A DNA stretch of 44,900 nt from a bacterium HR26 (lineage in GTDB: Bacteria; Chloroflexota; Chloroflexia; Thermomicrobiales; Thermomicrobiaceae), in contig BEIC01000001.1 in the NCBI GenBank assembly GCA_002898875.1, positions 1 through 44,900 on the forward strand, read 5' to 3'. A program made the translations under genes and the position numbers. The stretch's first letter is position 1; every line of letters starts with the position of its first letter. The notes under the pieces were generated by a model. The model was not told the DNA's origin. It did no database searches and saw only the letters and a program-made list of their open reading frames with translations. Of this stretch, positions 1 to 9,494 are shown in pieces.

Positions 1-1
1 T

Positions 2-187
2 GGAGATCACGTCGTACTCCGAGACGATACCGATCACCCGCCCCTCATTGTCGACCACCGGCATGCCGGTGATCTGGTGCTCGGTGAGGAGTCGAGCGAT
101 CCGGTCCACCGGCGTGTCCGGCCGCACGGAAATGACGTTCCCGGTCATGATGTCGCGCGCCACGATCGTGCTATACGTCTCAACCAT
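2..187 (-). CDS. CBS domain-containing protein (N-terminal part; runs off the window)
   Basis: Not in the ORF track. Manual translation from the ATG at 187 gives MVETYSTIVARDIMTGNVISVRPDTPVDRIARLLTEHQITGMPVVDNEGRVIGIVSEYDVIS, a typical CBS pattern; AGGAG RBS upstream. Confidence 0.9.
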   Translation of the reverse strand, partial: MVETYSTIVARDIMTGNVISVRPDTPVDRIARLLTEHQITGMPVVDNEGRVIGIVSEYDVIS

Positions 188-391
188 TGCTACCGCTCCT
201 TCCGGCAGATCCACTACCGGTAGCCGACATGCTACCAGAGGACGCTGGGCCTCGCGCGATGTGGTGCCCCGGCCAATCCTCGACCAATGGCTGTCTGCCC
301 GCCGAATTTGGGGTTCCCGCCGTGTATACTTTCGCTGGACAGACGCCGGATTGTGACGCCGGCGCCGCTTCGAGCGAGTGGTATTTCAGAG

Positions 392-1540
392 ATGGGTGAG
401 CGCGCGGACATCGTCGTCATCGGCGCCGGCATCATGGGCTGTAGCGTAGCGTACCATCTCGCTGCCCGCGGTGCCGGTCGGATCGTTGTCCTGGAGAAGG
501 ACGAGATTGCTCGCGGGGCCACTGCCGACGCAGCCGGCGGCATCAGGCTTCAGTTCTCCACCGAGACCAACATCGTCCTCTCGAAGCTGAGCTTCGAGGT
601 CTGGGAGCACTTCGCTGAGCTGTTCGGCGTGGATATCGGGCTACACCAGCAGGGGTATCTGTTCCTCCTGTCGGATCCCGGCGACGTAGCGGTCTTCCAG
701 GCGAACCTCGAGTTGCAGCGCGCGCACGGGGTTTCGGTGCGCTGGGTTGGGCCCGACGAGATCCGGGAGCTCAACCCGGCGGTACGTGTAGATGATGTTC
801 TCGGTGGCACTTTCTGCCCGCGTGACGGCTGGTGCGATCCGTACAGCGCGACGATGGGCTTCGCCCAGGCCGCGCGCCGCCTGGGGGTCGAGATCCGGGA
901 GAGCTGCCCGGCGACCGGATTCGACATCGCCGGCAGTCGCGTCCAGGCCGTCTTGACGCCGGACGGTCGGATCGAGACGCCGCTCGCCATCATCTGCGCC
1001 GGCCCCTGGACGCAGGAGGTCGGGAAGCTGGCAGGCGTGGACCTGCCGGTCTTGCCCTACCGGAGAATGAGCTTCGTTACCGAGCGATTCGACCTGGTGC
1101 CGAAGACAATCCCGATGACGATCGAGTTCGCCACCTCGCTCTATTTCCACCCCGAAGGTGACGGATTTCTCTTCGGCATGGCGAACCCGGACGAGCCGCC
1201 GGGCTTCGACAAGCGCGTCGACGAAGCCTGGATGGCACGGACGGTCGAGGCGCTCTGCCGCCGCGCTCCAGTCTTCGAGCAGGCGCGCGTCAGGCGCGGC
1301 TGGGCCGGCTTCTATGAGATCACGCCGGACGACAACCCGCTCCTCGGCTACGTTGACGAGGTAGAGGGCATGATCGTCGCGGCCGGCTTCAGTGGGCACG
1401 GGTTCATGCAGGGACCGGCTGTGGGGTGCTGCATCGCCGAGCTGGTGATCGACGGAGAGGTGCGCTCCGCCGATATCCGTGCGTTTACACCCAGGCGATT
1501 CCGCGAGGGCAAGCTCGTCCAGGAGCATAACGTCATCTAG
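392..1540 (+). CDS. FAD-dependent oxidoreductase, DAO/sarcosine oxidase beta/glycine oxidase family
   Basis: DIVVIGAGIMG Rossmann motif, 'TPDDNPLLG' and 'GFSGHGF' C-terminal motifs. Start trimmed to MGERAD. Confidence 0.9.
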   Translation: MGERADIVVIGAGIMGCSVAYHLAARGAGRIVVLEKDEIARGATADAAGGIRLQFSTETNIVLSKLSFEVWEHFAELFGVDIGLHQQGYLFLLSDPGDVAVFQANLELQRAHGVSVRWVGPDEIRELNPAVRVDDVLGGTFCPRDGWCDPYSATMGFAQAARRLGVEIRESCPATGFDIAGSRVQAVLTPDGRIETPLAIICAGPWTQEVGKLAGVDLPVLPYRRMSFVTERFDLVPKTIPMTIEFATSLYFHPEGDGFLFGMANPDEPPGFDKRVDEAWMARTVEALCRRAPVFEQARVRRGWAGFYEITPDDNPLLGYVDEVEGMIVAAGFSGHGFMQGPAVGCCIAELVIDGEVRSADIRAFTPRRFREGKLVQEHNVI

Positions 1541-1559
1541 CGCATCGGATAAGTCGGGA

Positions 1560-1859
1560 ATGGCCATGATCGTCGGAGTCTGCCGCCTAGCTATCGAGAT
1601 CCCCGAGGCCCACTCCCTGAAGGAGAAGCGCGCGGTGATCAAAGCGATCACCAACCGCGTCCAGAACCGCTTTAACGTCGCTATCGCTGAAGTCGATGGT
1701 CACCAGCAGTGGCAGTACGCGGAGCTCGGCTTCGCGTGCGTTTCAACCTCGGCAGGCCATGCCGATCAGATGATCCAGCGAATCGTCGCCTTCATCGAAG
1801 AGAACCTGAACGGCGGCTACCTCGCAGACTTCCAGACCGAGATCCTACACCTCGACTGA
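1560..1859 (+). CDS. DUF503 (YlxP-like) family protein
   Basis: 'HSLKEKRAVIK...RFNVAIAEVD..QQWQ' signature; start 1560 or 1566. Confidence 0.9.
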   Translation: MAMIVGVCRLAIEIPEAHSLKEKRAVIKAITNRVQNRFNVAIAEVDGHQQWQYAELGFACVSTSAGHADQMIQRIVAFIEENLNGGYLADFQTEILHLD

Positions 1860-1872
1860 TCGGGCAGCTCAC

Positions 1873-3063
1873 TCAGTCGCCGCTCTCTATCGAGACCGAG
1901 GCAATCCGTTCCCGCACCCACTGCCTGGCCAGCGGCGCGAGCTCGCGATCCACCATGGCAAGATCCTGCAAGATCTCCGTCAGTGGCCGGCCTGGCCGCG
2001 CGGGAATCTCACCCACCCGCGCGATCACTTCTGAACGGTACCAGGAGAAGAGCTGCTTCCGCAGCGCTCGCTGAAAGGCTCGATCGTACGCGAGGCCAGC
2101 GTCCTCGATGAGCTCCCAGAGCTCGCGGCTACGCAGCGGCGGGGTGAGAAAGCGTTCCAGCATCTCGCGGTCCCGCCGAACCTGTTCCGTCTCGTCAGCC
2201 CAGCGCTCCACCAGACCGAACGCCGTCTCGGCCGTTGCGGCACGGGACTCCACCTCGGAGCGAAGGGCCTCGAGATCGAGCGGCGGTAGCCCATCGAGCG
2301 AGAGCAGTGGTCGGCGCTCCTCCTGCCAGAGCCATCCACACGCGCACGCCAGGCGCACGTAGTACAACGCGGCGACGAGGTCCTGCGCGGGCTTCACCGG
2401 TAGCCGGTCGATACCGGCCAATACGCCGACCAGGCGCGCCACCGGCAATCCGGCGAACAGCCGGCGGGGATCGGCGACCAGCGTGACCACCTGGTCTGGG
2501 CGGAGCCGGGCACCGGGACCATCGACCAGACGAGGCAGGTAGAGCTCGGTCAAAATACCCGCCGGGCTGACCACGAATCCGTCGACCACACGAGCTCGCC
2601 GCACGTCGGCGCCCGGAAGTCGCAGCGAGAGCTCTCGTTCGAGCGCCGGATTACCTGAGTCGAGCAGCGCCCGGAGGGCACGCGCCCGGATCTGCTCCGG
2701 TTTCACCACGTGCACCGCGAACTTGGCATCTGCTGGCTGCAGAATGAGCCCACCCTCGACCGGTTCGTGCACCAGCACGAAGTCCGGATTTGTCAGACCA
2801 TGCCGTCCCGCATGCCGTGCGATCTCCGGCCTCGCGTCCAGCCAGACCACTGCGCGCAGCCGCGACGGACCGGCCCCGCCGACCGGTGATTCCCTGCCGA
2901 CCCAGCTCGAGAGCTCCTCGGCGACCAGCCTCGACCAGCGCTCGCCGATGTGCTGGCTCGCTCCGCCGCGGTCGCTCCACGCCTGGAGCTGCCGGTCGAA
3001 CAGCGCCGCCAGCAGCGATCCTCCAGGCACCTTCGCGCTACGCAGGTGAGCCGGAACCGCCAT
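1873..3063 (-). CDS. Hypothetical protein with a putative PD-(D/E)xK nuclease-like motif
   Basis: 396-aa ORF with protein-like composition; 'NPDFVLV...QPADAKF' resembles PD..DxK. Confidence 0.7.
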   Translation of the reverse strand: MAVPAHLRSAKVPGGSLLAALFDRQLQAWSDRGGASQHIGERWSRLVAEELSSWVGRESPVGGAGPSRLRAVVWLDARPEIARHAGRHGLTNPDFVLVHEPVEGGLILQPADAKFAVHVVKPEQIRARALRALLDSGNPALERELSLRLPGADVRRARVVDGFVVSPAGILTELYLPRLVDGPGARLRPDQVVTLVADPRRLFAGLPVARLVGVLAGIDRLPVKPAQDLVAALYYVRLACACGWLWQEERRPLLSLDGLPPLDLEALRSEVESRAATAETAFGLVERWADETEQVRRDREMLERFLTPPLRSRELWELIEDAGLAYDRAFQRALRKQLFSWYRSEVIARVGEIPARPGRPLTEILQDLAMVDRELAPLARQWVRERIASVSIESGD

Positions 3064-3143
3064 TCGTTCCCTTCGCTGTCGATATCATGTTCGATGCGCT
3101 GGCCTGCCGAACAGACGGGAGGCCCCAGGGTACCCGCACGCGT

Positions 3144-4007
3144 TCAGCCGCGCCGGTGCGCCTCGGTGTCGGCCCGTCGGCTCAGCTCCAGGCGGCGCTC
3201 TTCGATAAGGCGGAGCACACGTCGCCGACGAAGTCGTTGCACCGCGAGCTCGCGGCGCAGCGCTACCTCCCGTTGCCGGAGGTAACGCTCGATCTCATCG
3301 CGCCCTCTGGCCAGGAGATGGCCCAGGTCCGACCGGCGCAGTCGCTGCAGTTGCTGCCGCAGCTCGGCGCATTCGACGCCGCGCTGGGCCACACGTGAGC
3401 GAAGCGCCTCGATGTCGTACGGCCGATCGCCCTCATCCTCTCGTGCCCAGATGGCAAGCAGGCGACGGAGTTGATCCACGTCGCCTGCCTCGCGCGCCTG
3501 ATTGACGATCCGCATGATCGCTTCCCGCTGAGCACGTTCATGACCGTCCTGTGCCAGGTCGGGATGGATTAAGCGGGCAAGCGTTCGGTAGAGCCGCCGG
3601 AGTAGAATCTCGTCATGACCGTTTGCCGATCCCAGCAGCCGGCCCTGTGTGGACTCCCGCGCCGACTGTTGCGCTCGGAACTCAGCGCGCCAGGCGGCCT
3701 CCTCGGCATGCTCCTGCGCAGCCTGGGCGTCGAGTTCCGAATCGCTGAGCGGTCGGGAGGCACGCAGCAGGCGGCGCAGGCGAGCCTCCAGGGCGCTGAC
3801 CTCAGCCTTGAGCTGCTCGATCTCCCGATGGAGCGGACCGAGCCGCTCCTCGATGATCCGGCGCAGCGACTGTTGCTCGAGTTCCTCCTGGGTGATCGCC
3901 TGGCGCAAATGAGTGATCGTCGCGTTACGCCGCAGTAACTCGAGTTCGAGTTCGATCCGTTCTAGCTCGGCAACCGTCGCCGGAAGTCGTCGTTCCATAC
4001 GAGACAT
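3144..4007 (-). CDS. Coiled-coil protein with an internal J-domain-like segment
   Basis: 'LRRLYRTLARLIHPDLA...MRIVNQA' (HPD motif between helices II and III) flanked by heptad-rich helices; start uncertain (4007 or 3998). Confidence 0.75.
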   Translation of the reverse strand: MSRMERRLPATVAELERIELELELLRRNATITHLRQAITQEELEQQSLRRIIEERLGPLHREIEQLKAEVSALEARLRRLLRASRPLSDSELDAQAAQEHAEEAAWRAEFRAQQSARESTQGRLLGSANGHDEILLRRLYRTLARLIHPDLAQDGHERAQREAIMRIVNQAREAGDVDQLRRLLAIWAREDEGDRPYDIEALRSRVAQRGVECAELRQQLQRLRRSDLGHLLARGRDEIERYLRQREVALRRELAVQRLRRRRVLRLIEERRLELSRRADTEAHRRG

Positions 4008-4197
4008 GCCACTCCAAGCTTGCAACCGATTGATTGTAGCCGGCCGGGCAGCCGAATACCAGACCGATCAAGAGAAGGTGTGTACGTTCGTGCTGCCAGC
4101 GTACTGCTTGCGTCCCGGCGGCCATCGGGTATTCTGAAACCCAGGCGTCACAAGGGCCTTCTTCTGCCAGTTTGTCCCGTCGTGAAAGGTCTCAGGC

Positions 4198-5877
4198 ATG
4201 GCAGTTCGAACGCCCTGGCAGCAGATCGTTGCGGGTCTGGAGGCAGAGGGTATCCCCTACGTCTTCGGACTGCCAGGTAGCGCGAAGCAGCTCTACGACG
4301 CGCTGTACGACTCGACCTCGGTACGAGCAGTGCTGGTTCGTCATGAGACCTCTGGAGCCTTTATGGCGACGGCCTTTGCGCGGATCTCTGGCCAGGTCGG
4401 CTGCTGCTTCGGCTGCCCTGGGCCGGGCGTGGCCAACCTGGTGCCGGGCATCCTGGAAGCCTGGTCGGGCTGCACGCCGGTGCTGGCACTGGGAGTGCGC
4501 GCCCCGTCGCGCACCTATGGGATGGGAGCATTCCAGGAAGCAGACCATATCTCCATTATGCGACCGATCACCAAGTGGGCGGTCACAGTGGAGCGGCCAG
4601 AGCGGGCCGGATGGGCGCTCAGGCGGGCGATCTCGCTCGCCACGTCCGGGCAGCCAGGCCCGGTCTATCTCGAGTTGCCGGCCGATCTCGCCCTGGAGGC
4701 CGTCGAGATGCCCGAGTACCGGCCAGCGGAGCGTGCGGTACGCCCGGCGCCGGACCCGGATCGGATCGAGCAAGCGGTGCAACTCCTGAGGCGGGCAGAA
4801 CGGCCCCTGCTCATCTGCGGTGGCGGAGCCATCCTTTCCCAGGCGTACGCCGCCGTCGAGCGCTTTGCCGAGTCACTCGGCATCCCGGTCCAGGTGACGC
4901 CGGCCGGGCGCGGGATCATGCGCGAGGATCACCCGCTCTTCGCCGGACTGGTCGGACTCTACCGCACCGAGTACCCGAAATCGGTCTACGAGGAGGCGGA
5001 CCTCCTGATCACCGTCGGCTCGCGCATGGAGGAGTTTCAATCCGGTGTCTGGCACTACTTCCCGGCACAGGCGAAGTTCGTGCAGATCGACATCGAGCCG
5101 GCCGAGCTGGGCCGTAACTGGATCCCGGACCTGGCTATCCAGGGCGATGCGCGGTTGACCCTGGATCGGCTGACCGACGCTGCCCTCAGAGCCGGCCTGA
5201 CCCCGCGCCAGGCGCGGCTGGCCGACCTCGGCGCGCGACGGTCCGCGGCACTGGCACGAATGGAGGCCGACGCCGCAGACGACCGCGTGCCGGTGCGCGG
5301 CAAGCGCGTGGTGCGGGCGATCAACCGGGTGTTCGGCCACAACACGATCCTCGTCAAGGAGAACGGGGCACAGGATCTCTGGGCATACTACTGGCCCTAT
5401 TACCAGGTGCTCGATCCCGGTTGCGTGGTGCCGCCGGCTGAGCAGACGGCGATGGGCTTCGGCGTCTGTGGCGCGATCGGAGCCAAGCTCGCGCGGCCCG
5501 ACCGCTATGTCGTGTGCACCACCGGCGACGGCGCGTTCCAGATGGGCATGCACGAGCTGCCCACCGCGGTGCAAGAACGGGCGCCGGTGACCTGGGTTAT
5601 CTTCAACGACCGGGCGCTCGGCTGGCCGCGCTGGACGCAGCGGACGGCACTCGGTGGTCGAGTGATTGCCACCGAGTTCGCCGCCCCCTTCGACTTCGTC
5701 GCGGTGGCACGGGCTGCCGGTTGCTGGGCCGAGCACGTCGAGCAGCCGGCCGAGCTCGAACCGGCCCTGGAGCGCGCGCGGCGGGCCAACGATGCGGGCC
5801 AACCGGCAGTCGTCGACGTGCAGGTGGACAGCGAGGAGCATCATCCTAGCTTCGAGGAGTTCCACCGGCTCCGCTAG
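4198..5877 (+). CDS. Thiamine pyrophosphate-binding enzyme (acetolactate synthase large subunit-like family)
   Basis: VFGLPG, VRHE, GPGVAN, GPVYLELP and TPP-binding GDGAF...VIFND motifs; substrate not assignable. Confidence 0.9.
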   Translation: MAVRTPWQQIVAGLEAEGIPYVFGLPGSAKQLYDALYDSTSVRAVLVRHETSGAFMATAFARISGQVGCCFGCPGPGVANLVPGILEAWSGCTPVLALGVRAPSRTYGMGAFQEADHISIMRPITKWAVTVERPERAGWALRRAISLATSGQPGPVYLELPADLALEAVEMPEYRPAERAVRPAPDPDRIEQAVQLLRRAERPLLICGGGAILSQAYAAVERFAESLGIPVQVTPAGRGIMREDHPLFAGLVGLYRTEYPKSVYEEADLLITVGSRMEEFQSGVWHYFPAQAKFVQIDIEPAELGRNWIPDLAIQGDARLTLDRLTDAALRAGLTPRQARLADLGARRSAALARMEADAADDRVPVRGKRVVRAINRVFGHNTILVKENGAQDLWAYYWPYYQVLDPGCVVPPAEQTAMGFGVCGAIGAKLARPDRYVVCTTGDGAFQMGMHELPTAVQERAPVTWVIFNDRALGWPRWTQRTALGGRVIATEFAAPFDFVAVARAAGCWAEHVEQPAELEPALERARRANDAGQPAVVDVQVDSEEHHPSFEEFHRLR

Positions 5878-6002
5878 CCACCCGGCGGCTCCGCGCGTGC
5901 TCGGAGACGACGTGTAGAGCTGGCGATGCAGTAGACTTGCGGCACGGGCCAATCGATCGACCCCGGTAACCCGCCGGCCGACCAGTAGAGGGGTGGCAGG
6001 AG

Positions 6003-6266
6003 ATGCTCGACCACACCGGACGCTATCGCGTGCGCTACGAGGATACGCTTCGCGCGCTGGGCCACTATCTGGATGAGCATCGGTTCACCAGGATCGCTAT
6101 CGTCGAGACACCCGAAGGGTTCCTCGTCAAAGGCTACGTAGCCAGTGAGAACCGCGAGGGCGGAATGCACCTGGCTCCCCAAACCTACCTGTTCACCAAC
6201 GAAGACCTCGATATCCTGCTGGAGCAGGCCTACGGGCGACGACGACAACCCCGCCCTCAGCCATGA
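6003..6266 (+). CDS. Small hypothetical protein (87 aa)
   Basis: GGAG RBS-like sequence before the ATG; globular-looking sequence; no family recognised. Confidence 0.7.
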   Translation: MLDHTGRYRVRYEDTLRALGHYLDEHRFTRIAIVETPEGFLVKGYVASENREGGMHLAPQTYLFTNEDLDILLEQAYGRRRQPRPQP

Positions 6267-6487
6267 GCATCCGGTAGCCCGCTTCAGCGATCGCCAACGA
6301 CTACGCCCTCTGCTGGTGCTGCGGACGTGTCTCACCGCGGGAGTTTCCTCGCCCTTGCCGGCAATGTCGGCGCATCGTACTGAAGAGCGGTGCCGCTCGT
6401 GTCACGGCAGGTGACAGAGGGTAGAGAGAATACGGCCTACGTATTCCCCTCCCCGTCAAACCGGTCAACCCCGAACCAGTGAAACCC

Positions 6488-6516
6488 TTGACACTACCGG
6501 TAGCGACCACGAAGAT
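6488..6516 (+). promoter_or_regulatory. Putative sigma70 promoter of the B12-riboswitch operon
   Basis: Perfect TTGACA at 6488-6493, 17-nt spacer, weak -10 (GAAGAT). Confidence 0.4.
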
Positions 6517-6611
6517 ACCACTGTCAGGCCGTTGGGCCGCTCTGCACGTTACCATCGCCGGTCAGCGAGACGGCGGCGGGTGCCGGCCATTGTCCCCAGG
6601 CCAACGCAGGC

Positions 6612-6725
6612 ACCTGGGGTGGCTGGTCCACATGGGGGAACGCCGGTGAAAGTCCGGGGCTGTGCCGCAACTGTGACGTCGCGCCGAGGGCGCGGCGAAG
6701 CCAGGTCTACCATCGCCGCCGTGTC
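6612..6725 (+). ncRNA. Cobalamin (B12) riboswitch
   Basis: Core 'GGGAA-cgCCGGTGAAAGTCCGGggCTGtgCCGCAACTGTG' (B12 box), short P8-type hairpin, then 'AAGCCAG'. Boundaries approximate. Confidence 0.9.
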
Positions 6726-6793
6726 CGACCTGCCTCGAGCTAAGGGGGGAGGACGCCAGTGACACGCTGTGCCTCATCACAGTGAACCACCGG

Positions 6794-6824
6794 CAGCCCG
6801 CCCCGCGCGGGCTGTTTCGTTTTG
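6794..6824 (+). terminator. Intrinsic terminator (riboswitch expression platform)
   Basis: CAGCCCGC-cccgc-GCGGGCTG stem followed by TTTCGTTTTG. Confidence 0.8.
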
Positions 6825-7020
6825 CTCACCATCCGGATATCGAGCATGGAGGCCGCCGGGCAGGCCCACCGCCGAGCGGCCGGCAGAGGCCAGGTGGCAG
6901 TAACCCAGCGTCCCGCAGAGTCTCCACCGGCTCTGCGGCGCGCGCTGGGAGGTGGCGACGGTCTCCACTACTCGGCCTGAAGCGGGCCGTGGCGGCATAG
7001 GCATGGAATGGAGGCGGATC

Positions 7021-8529
7021 ATGCTGCGCTACCTGATGGCGCTCTTCCTCACAGTCTCGCTGGCGCTTCTGCCAGCACCGCGAGCTTCGGCCAACCTGGC
7101 CCCAGCCGTCGCTCTGGCCGACGCGGTGGATTGGCTGCGCGGCCAGCAGCGCCCTGACGGCGGCTTCGCCGGGTTCAGCGGCGAGAGCGACCCATCGACG
7201 ACTGCCGACGCGGTCTACGCGCTCGTCGCGGCAGGTATCCCGGTTGAGAGCGTGACGGCCGAGGGCCAGAGCCCGCTCGACTTCCTGCTTACTCAGGTCG
7301 AGAGCTACGGCTCAACGGTCGGCGGCGTAGCCAAGCTGGCGCTGGCCGCCATGGCCGCTGGGGCAGATCCGCGGCAGTTCGGCGGTGTAGATCTGATCGC
7401 ACGTGTCGAGAGCGCCTACGACGAGCAGACCGGGCTCTACGACCCGCAGCTCTTCGTCAACGCCTACGCCCTGATGGCCCTGGCTGCAGCCGGCGCCGAG
7501 GTGCCACCGGCAGCGATCGAGGCGGTCTTGAGCCGCCAGACACCCGACGGGAGCTGGGCTTGGGACGGCAGCACCGCCCCCGGCGCCGGAGACAGCAACA
7601 CCACCGCTATCATCATTCAGGCGCTGATCGCCGCTGGCCTCCCGCGCGATCATCAGGCGATCGCGGCTGGCCTGGACTACCTCCGCTCGACGCAGGCCGT
7701 CGACGGCTCGTTCGCCTACCAGCCCGGTAACGGACCGCTGGTCGGCGACGCCAACTCGACCGCGCTGGCCGTCCAGGCGATCCTGGCGGCGGGCGACGAT
7801 CCGAACAGCTCAAGCTGGCGCTACGCACTCGACGCGTTGGCGCGTTTCCAGAACCCGAGCGGCGCGTTGCGCTGGCGCGACGACGCTCCGGACGACAACC
7901 TGCTTGCAACCCTTCAGGCTATCCCGGCGCTGGCCTGGCGACCGCTGCCAGTGCTGCCTGGCGACCCCGCGGGCCTTGCCGAGACGCCGGAGTCGCCTGG
8001 AAGACCCGATCAGTGCGCCTACGAGCCGATCACGCTCCACAATACCTGCGACGCGTTTCGAAGCTTCTGGGAGACCCAGGGCGGCCTGGCCAACTTCGGC
8101 TACCCGCTGACCAGACCGTACTACGACCCGGCCCTCGGCCTGGCAGTGCAGTACTTCGAGCGCGCGCGCTTCGAGCTGCATCGCGGGGCCGATGGGAGCA
8201 CGCTCGTGCTGCTCGGCCGCCTCGGCGTTGAGCGCGCAGCCGGGCGAGAGGCCGAACCGCCCTTCCGGCAGGCCGACCCAATCGAGCGCACCGACTGCCG
8301 CTACTTCTCAGAGACCGGCCACAACCTGTGTGCCGGCTTCCGCGCCCACTGGGAGACGTTCGGCGGGCTGCCCGTGTTTGGCTACCCGATCAGCGAAGAG
8401 TTCACCGAGGATGGCATGGTTGTGCAGTACTTCGAGCGCGCCCGTTTCGAGTGGCACCCGGGAGTTTGGCCGGAGCGGTACGACGTGCTGCTGAGCCGGC
8501 TGGGTGCTGAGGTCGTCGAGGCCCGCTGA
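7021..8529 (+). CDS. Secreted prenyltransferase/squalene oxidase repeat (alpha/alpha barrel) protein with C-terminal YF.ETGH-type surface repeats; putative corrinoid-binding protein
   Basis: GGAGG RBS, signal peptide ending ASA, repeated 'WLRGQQRPDGGF / QTPDGSW / QAVDGSF ...D.NsTA' units, and C-terminal 'YFSETGHNL..FR.HWE..GGL..FGYPISE...QYFERARFE' repeats. Confidence 0.8.
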   Translation: MLRYLMALFLTVSLALLPAPRASANLAPAVALADAVDWLRGQQRPDGGFAGFSGESDPSTTADAVYALVAAGIPVESVTAEGQSPLDFLLTQVESYGSTVGGVAKLALAAMAAGADPRQFGGVDLIARVESAYDEQTGLYDPQLFVNAYALMALAAAGAEVPPAAIEAVLSRQTPDGSWAWDGSTAPGAGDSNTTAIIIQALIAAGLPRDHQAIAAGLDYLRSTQAVDGSFAYQPGNGPLVGDANSTALAVQAILAAGDDPNSSSWRYALDALARFQNPSGALRWRDDAPDDNLLATLQAIPALAWRPLPVLPGDPAGLAETPESPGRPDQCAYEPITLHNTCDAFRSFWETQGGLANFGYPLTRPYYDPALGLAVQYFERARFELHRGADGSTLVLLGRLGVERAAGREAEPPFRQADPIERTDCRYFSETGHNLCAGFRAHWETFGGLPVFGYPISEEFTEDGMVVQYFERARFEWHPGVWPERYDVLLSRLGAEVVEAR

Positions 8530-9494
8530 TGCGCAAGCTCTTCGGCAGCCGGCCGCCTATGGCCGCCCGCGCCCTGCTGGCGCTGGCCCTGGCGCTCGCG
8601 CTGGCACTGCCGGCGACGGCCCCCGCCCAGCTCATAGCCCAGAGGCCGAACGGTGCCGGCCTGGTGATCCGCCACGGTGACGGCCGTGTGCTCGTGTACT
8701 ACGTCGAATTCACCGAGCCGGAGATCACCGGGCTGGAGCTACTGACGCGCTCTGGAGCCGGCCTGACGCTGGCGAACTTCGGCGGCCTAGGGACGGCGGT
8801 CTGCGCCATCGACGGCGAGGGCTGCCCGGCTGAGAACTGCTTCTGCCAGAGCTACACCTCCCCGGCTTTCTACTGGCACTACTACCGCCTCGAACCAGAT
8901 GGTTCCTGGGTACTCCAGCAGGTCGGCCCGTCGAGCCGCCGGGTTCGCGATGGCGACGTGGACGGCTGGTCGTGGACCAGCGGTCAGAGTGGCCTGCCGT
9001 CGACCTCGATCGACGAGATCGCCGCGCAGTACGGCGTGGATCGGTCAGCCGGCGCCGAGCCGACCGCGACCCCGCCGCCCCCTACGCCACCACCTCCCTC
9101 GCCAGCGCCCACACCGGCGCCGACACCTGCGCCCACACCCCCACCGTCACCGCCGGTCGTCCCGGCCGCCACGCCATTGCCAGCGGCTTCTCCGACGGTA
9201 CCGGTCGTCTCCACACCAGTGCCACCGCCGGCGCCGCCGGCAACGCCCGCACCGACCGCGACGGCGCGGGCTGCCGGCTCTCCAACGCCCGCGGTAGCCC
9301 GGCCGACTCCTGCACAGGCGACAGAGACACCGATACTCCTGGCCACGCCAGGGACAGTCGCTGAGTCGTCTCGGGAATCACCCGAGCTGTCCAATTATGT
9401 CGTGTTCGCGGCCATGCTGTCGGCGCTGCTCGGCCTGGCAGGCTGGCTCGCGTGGCGTCGTGGCACCGGCCCACCCGGAGGCGATCACGTATGA
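8529..9494 (+). CDS. Membrane-anchored protein: signal peptide, DUF4430/transcobalamin beta-like domain, Pro/Thr stalk, C-terminal TM
   Basis: 'GLGTAVCAIDGEGC...YWHYY...GSW...GPSSRRVRDGDVDGWSW' domain, long PT linker, then a hydrophobic helix ending WRR. Confidence 0.75.
   Translation: MRKLFGSRPPMAARALLALALALALALPATAPAQLIAQRPNGAGLVIRHGDGRVLVYYVEFTEPEITGLELLTRSGAGLTLANFGGLGTAVCAIDGEGCPAENCFCQSYTSPAFYWHYYRLEPDGSWVLQQVGPSSRRVRDGDVDGWSWTSGQSGLPSTSIDEIAAQYGVDRSAGAEPTATPPPPTPPPPSPAPTPAPTPAPTPPPSPPVVPAATPLPAASPTVPVVSTPVPPPAPPATPAPTATARAAGSPTPAVARPTPAQATETPILLATPGTVAESSRESPELSNYVVFAAMLSALLGLAGWLAWRRGTGPPGGDHV
9060..9330 (+). repeat. Low-complexity Pro/Thr/Ala coding stretch (PTPA-like repeats)
   Basis: Translation PTATPPPPTPPPPSPAPTPAPTPAPTPPPSPP... 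Confidence 0.8.

Noticed and set aside
3081-3092. Second LexA box upstream of the PD-(D/E)xK-like gene (GATATCATGTTC)
   Set aside because: Only one half-site matches; two mismatches in the other half make it unsupported.
4026-4197. TPP riboswitch before the TPP enzyme
   Set aside because: No GCUGAGA or GAU.AUG...GCGUAGGGA core seen.
4198-5877. ilvB call
   Set aside because: No ilvN/ilvC neighbours and divergent motifs; only the family level is supportable.
7021-8529. Squalene-hopene cyclase or prenyltransferase enzyme call
   Set aside because: It has a signal peptide and surface repeats, lacks the DxDD catalytic motif, and sits in a B12-regulated transporter operon.
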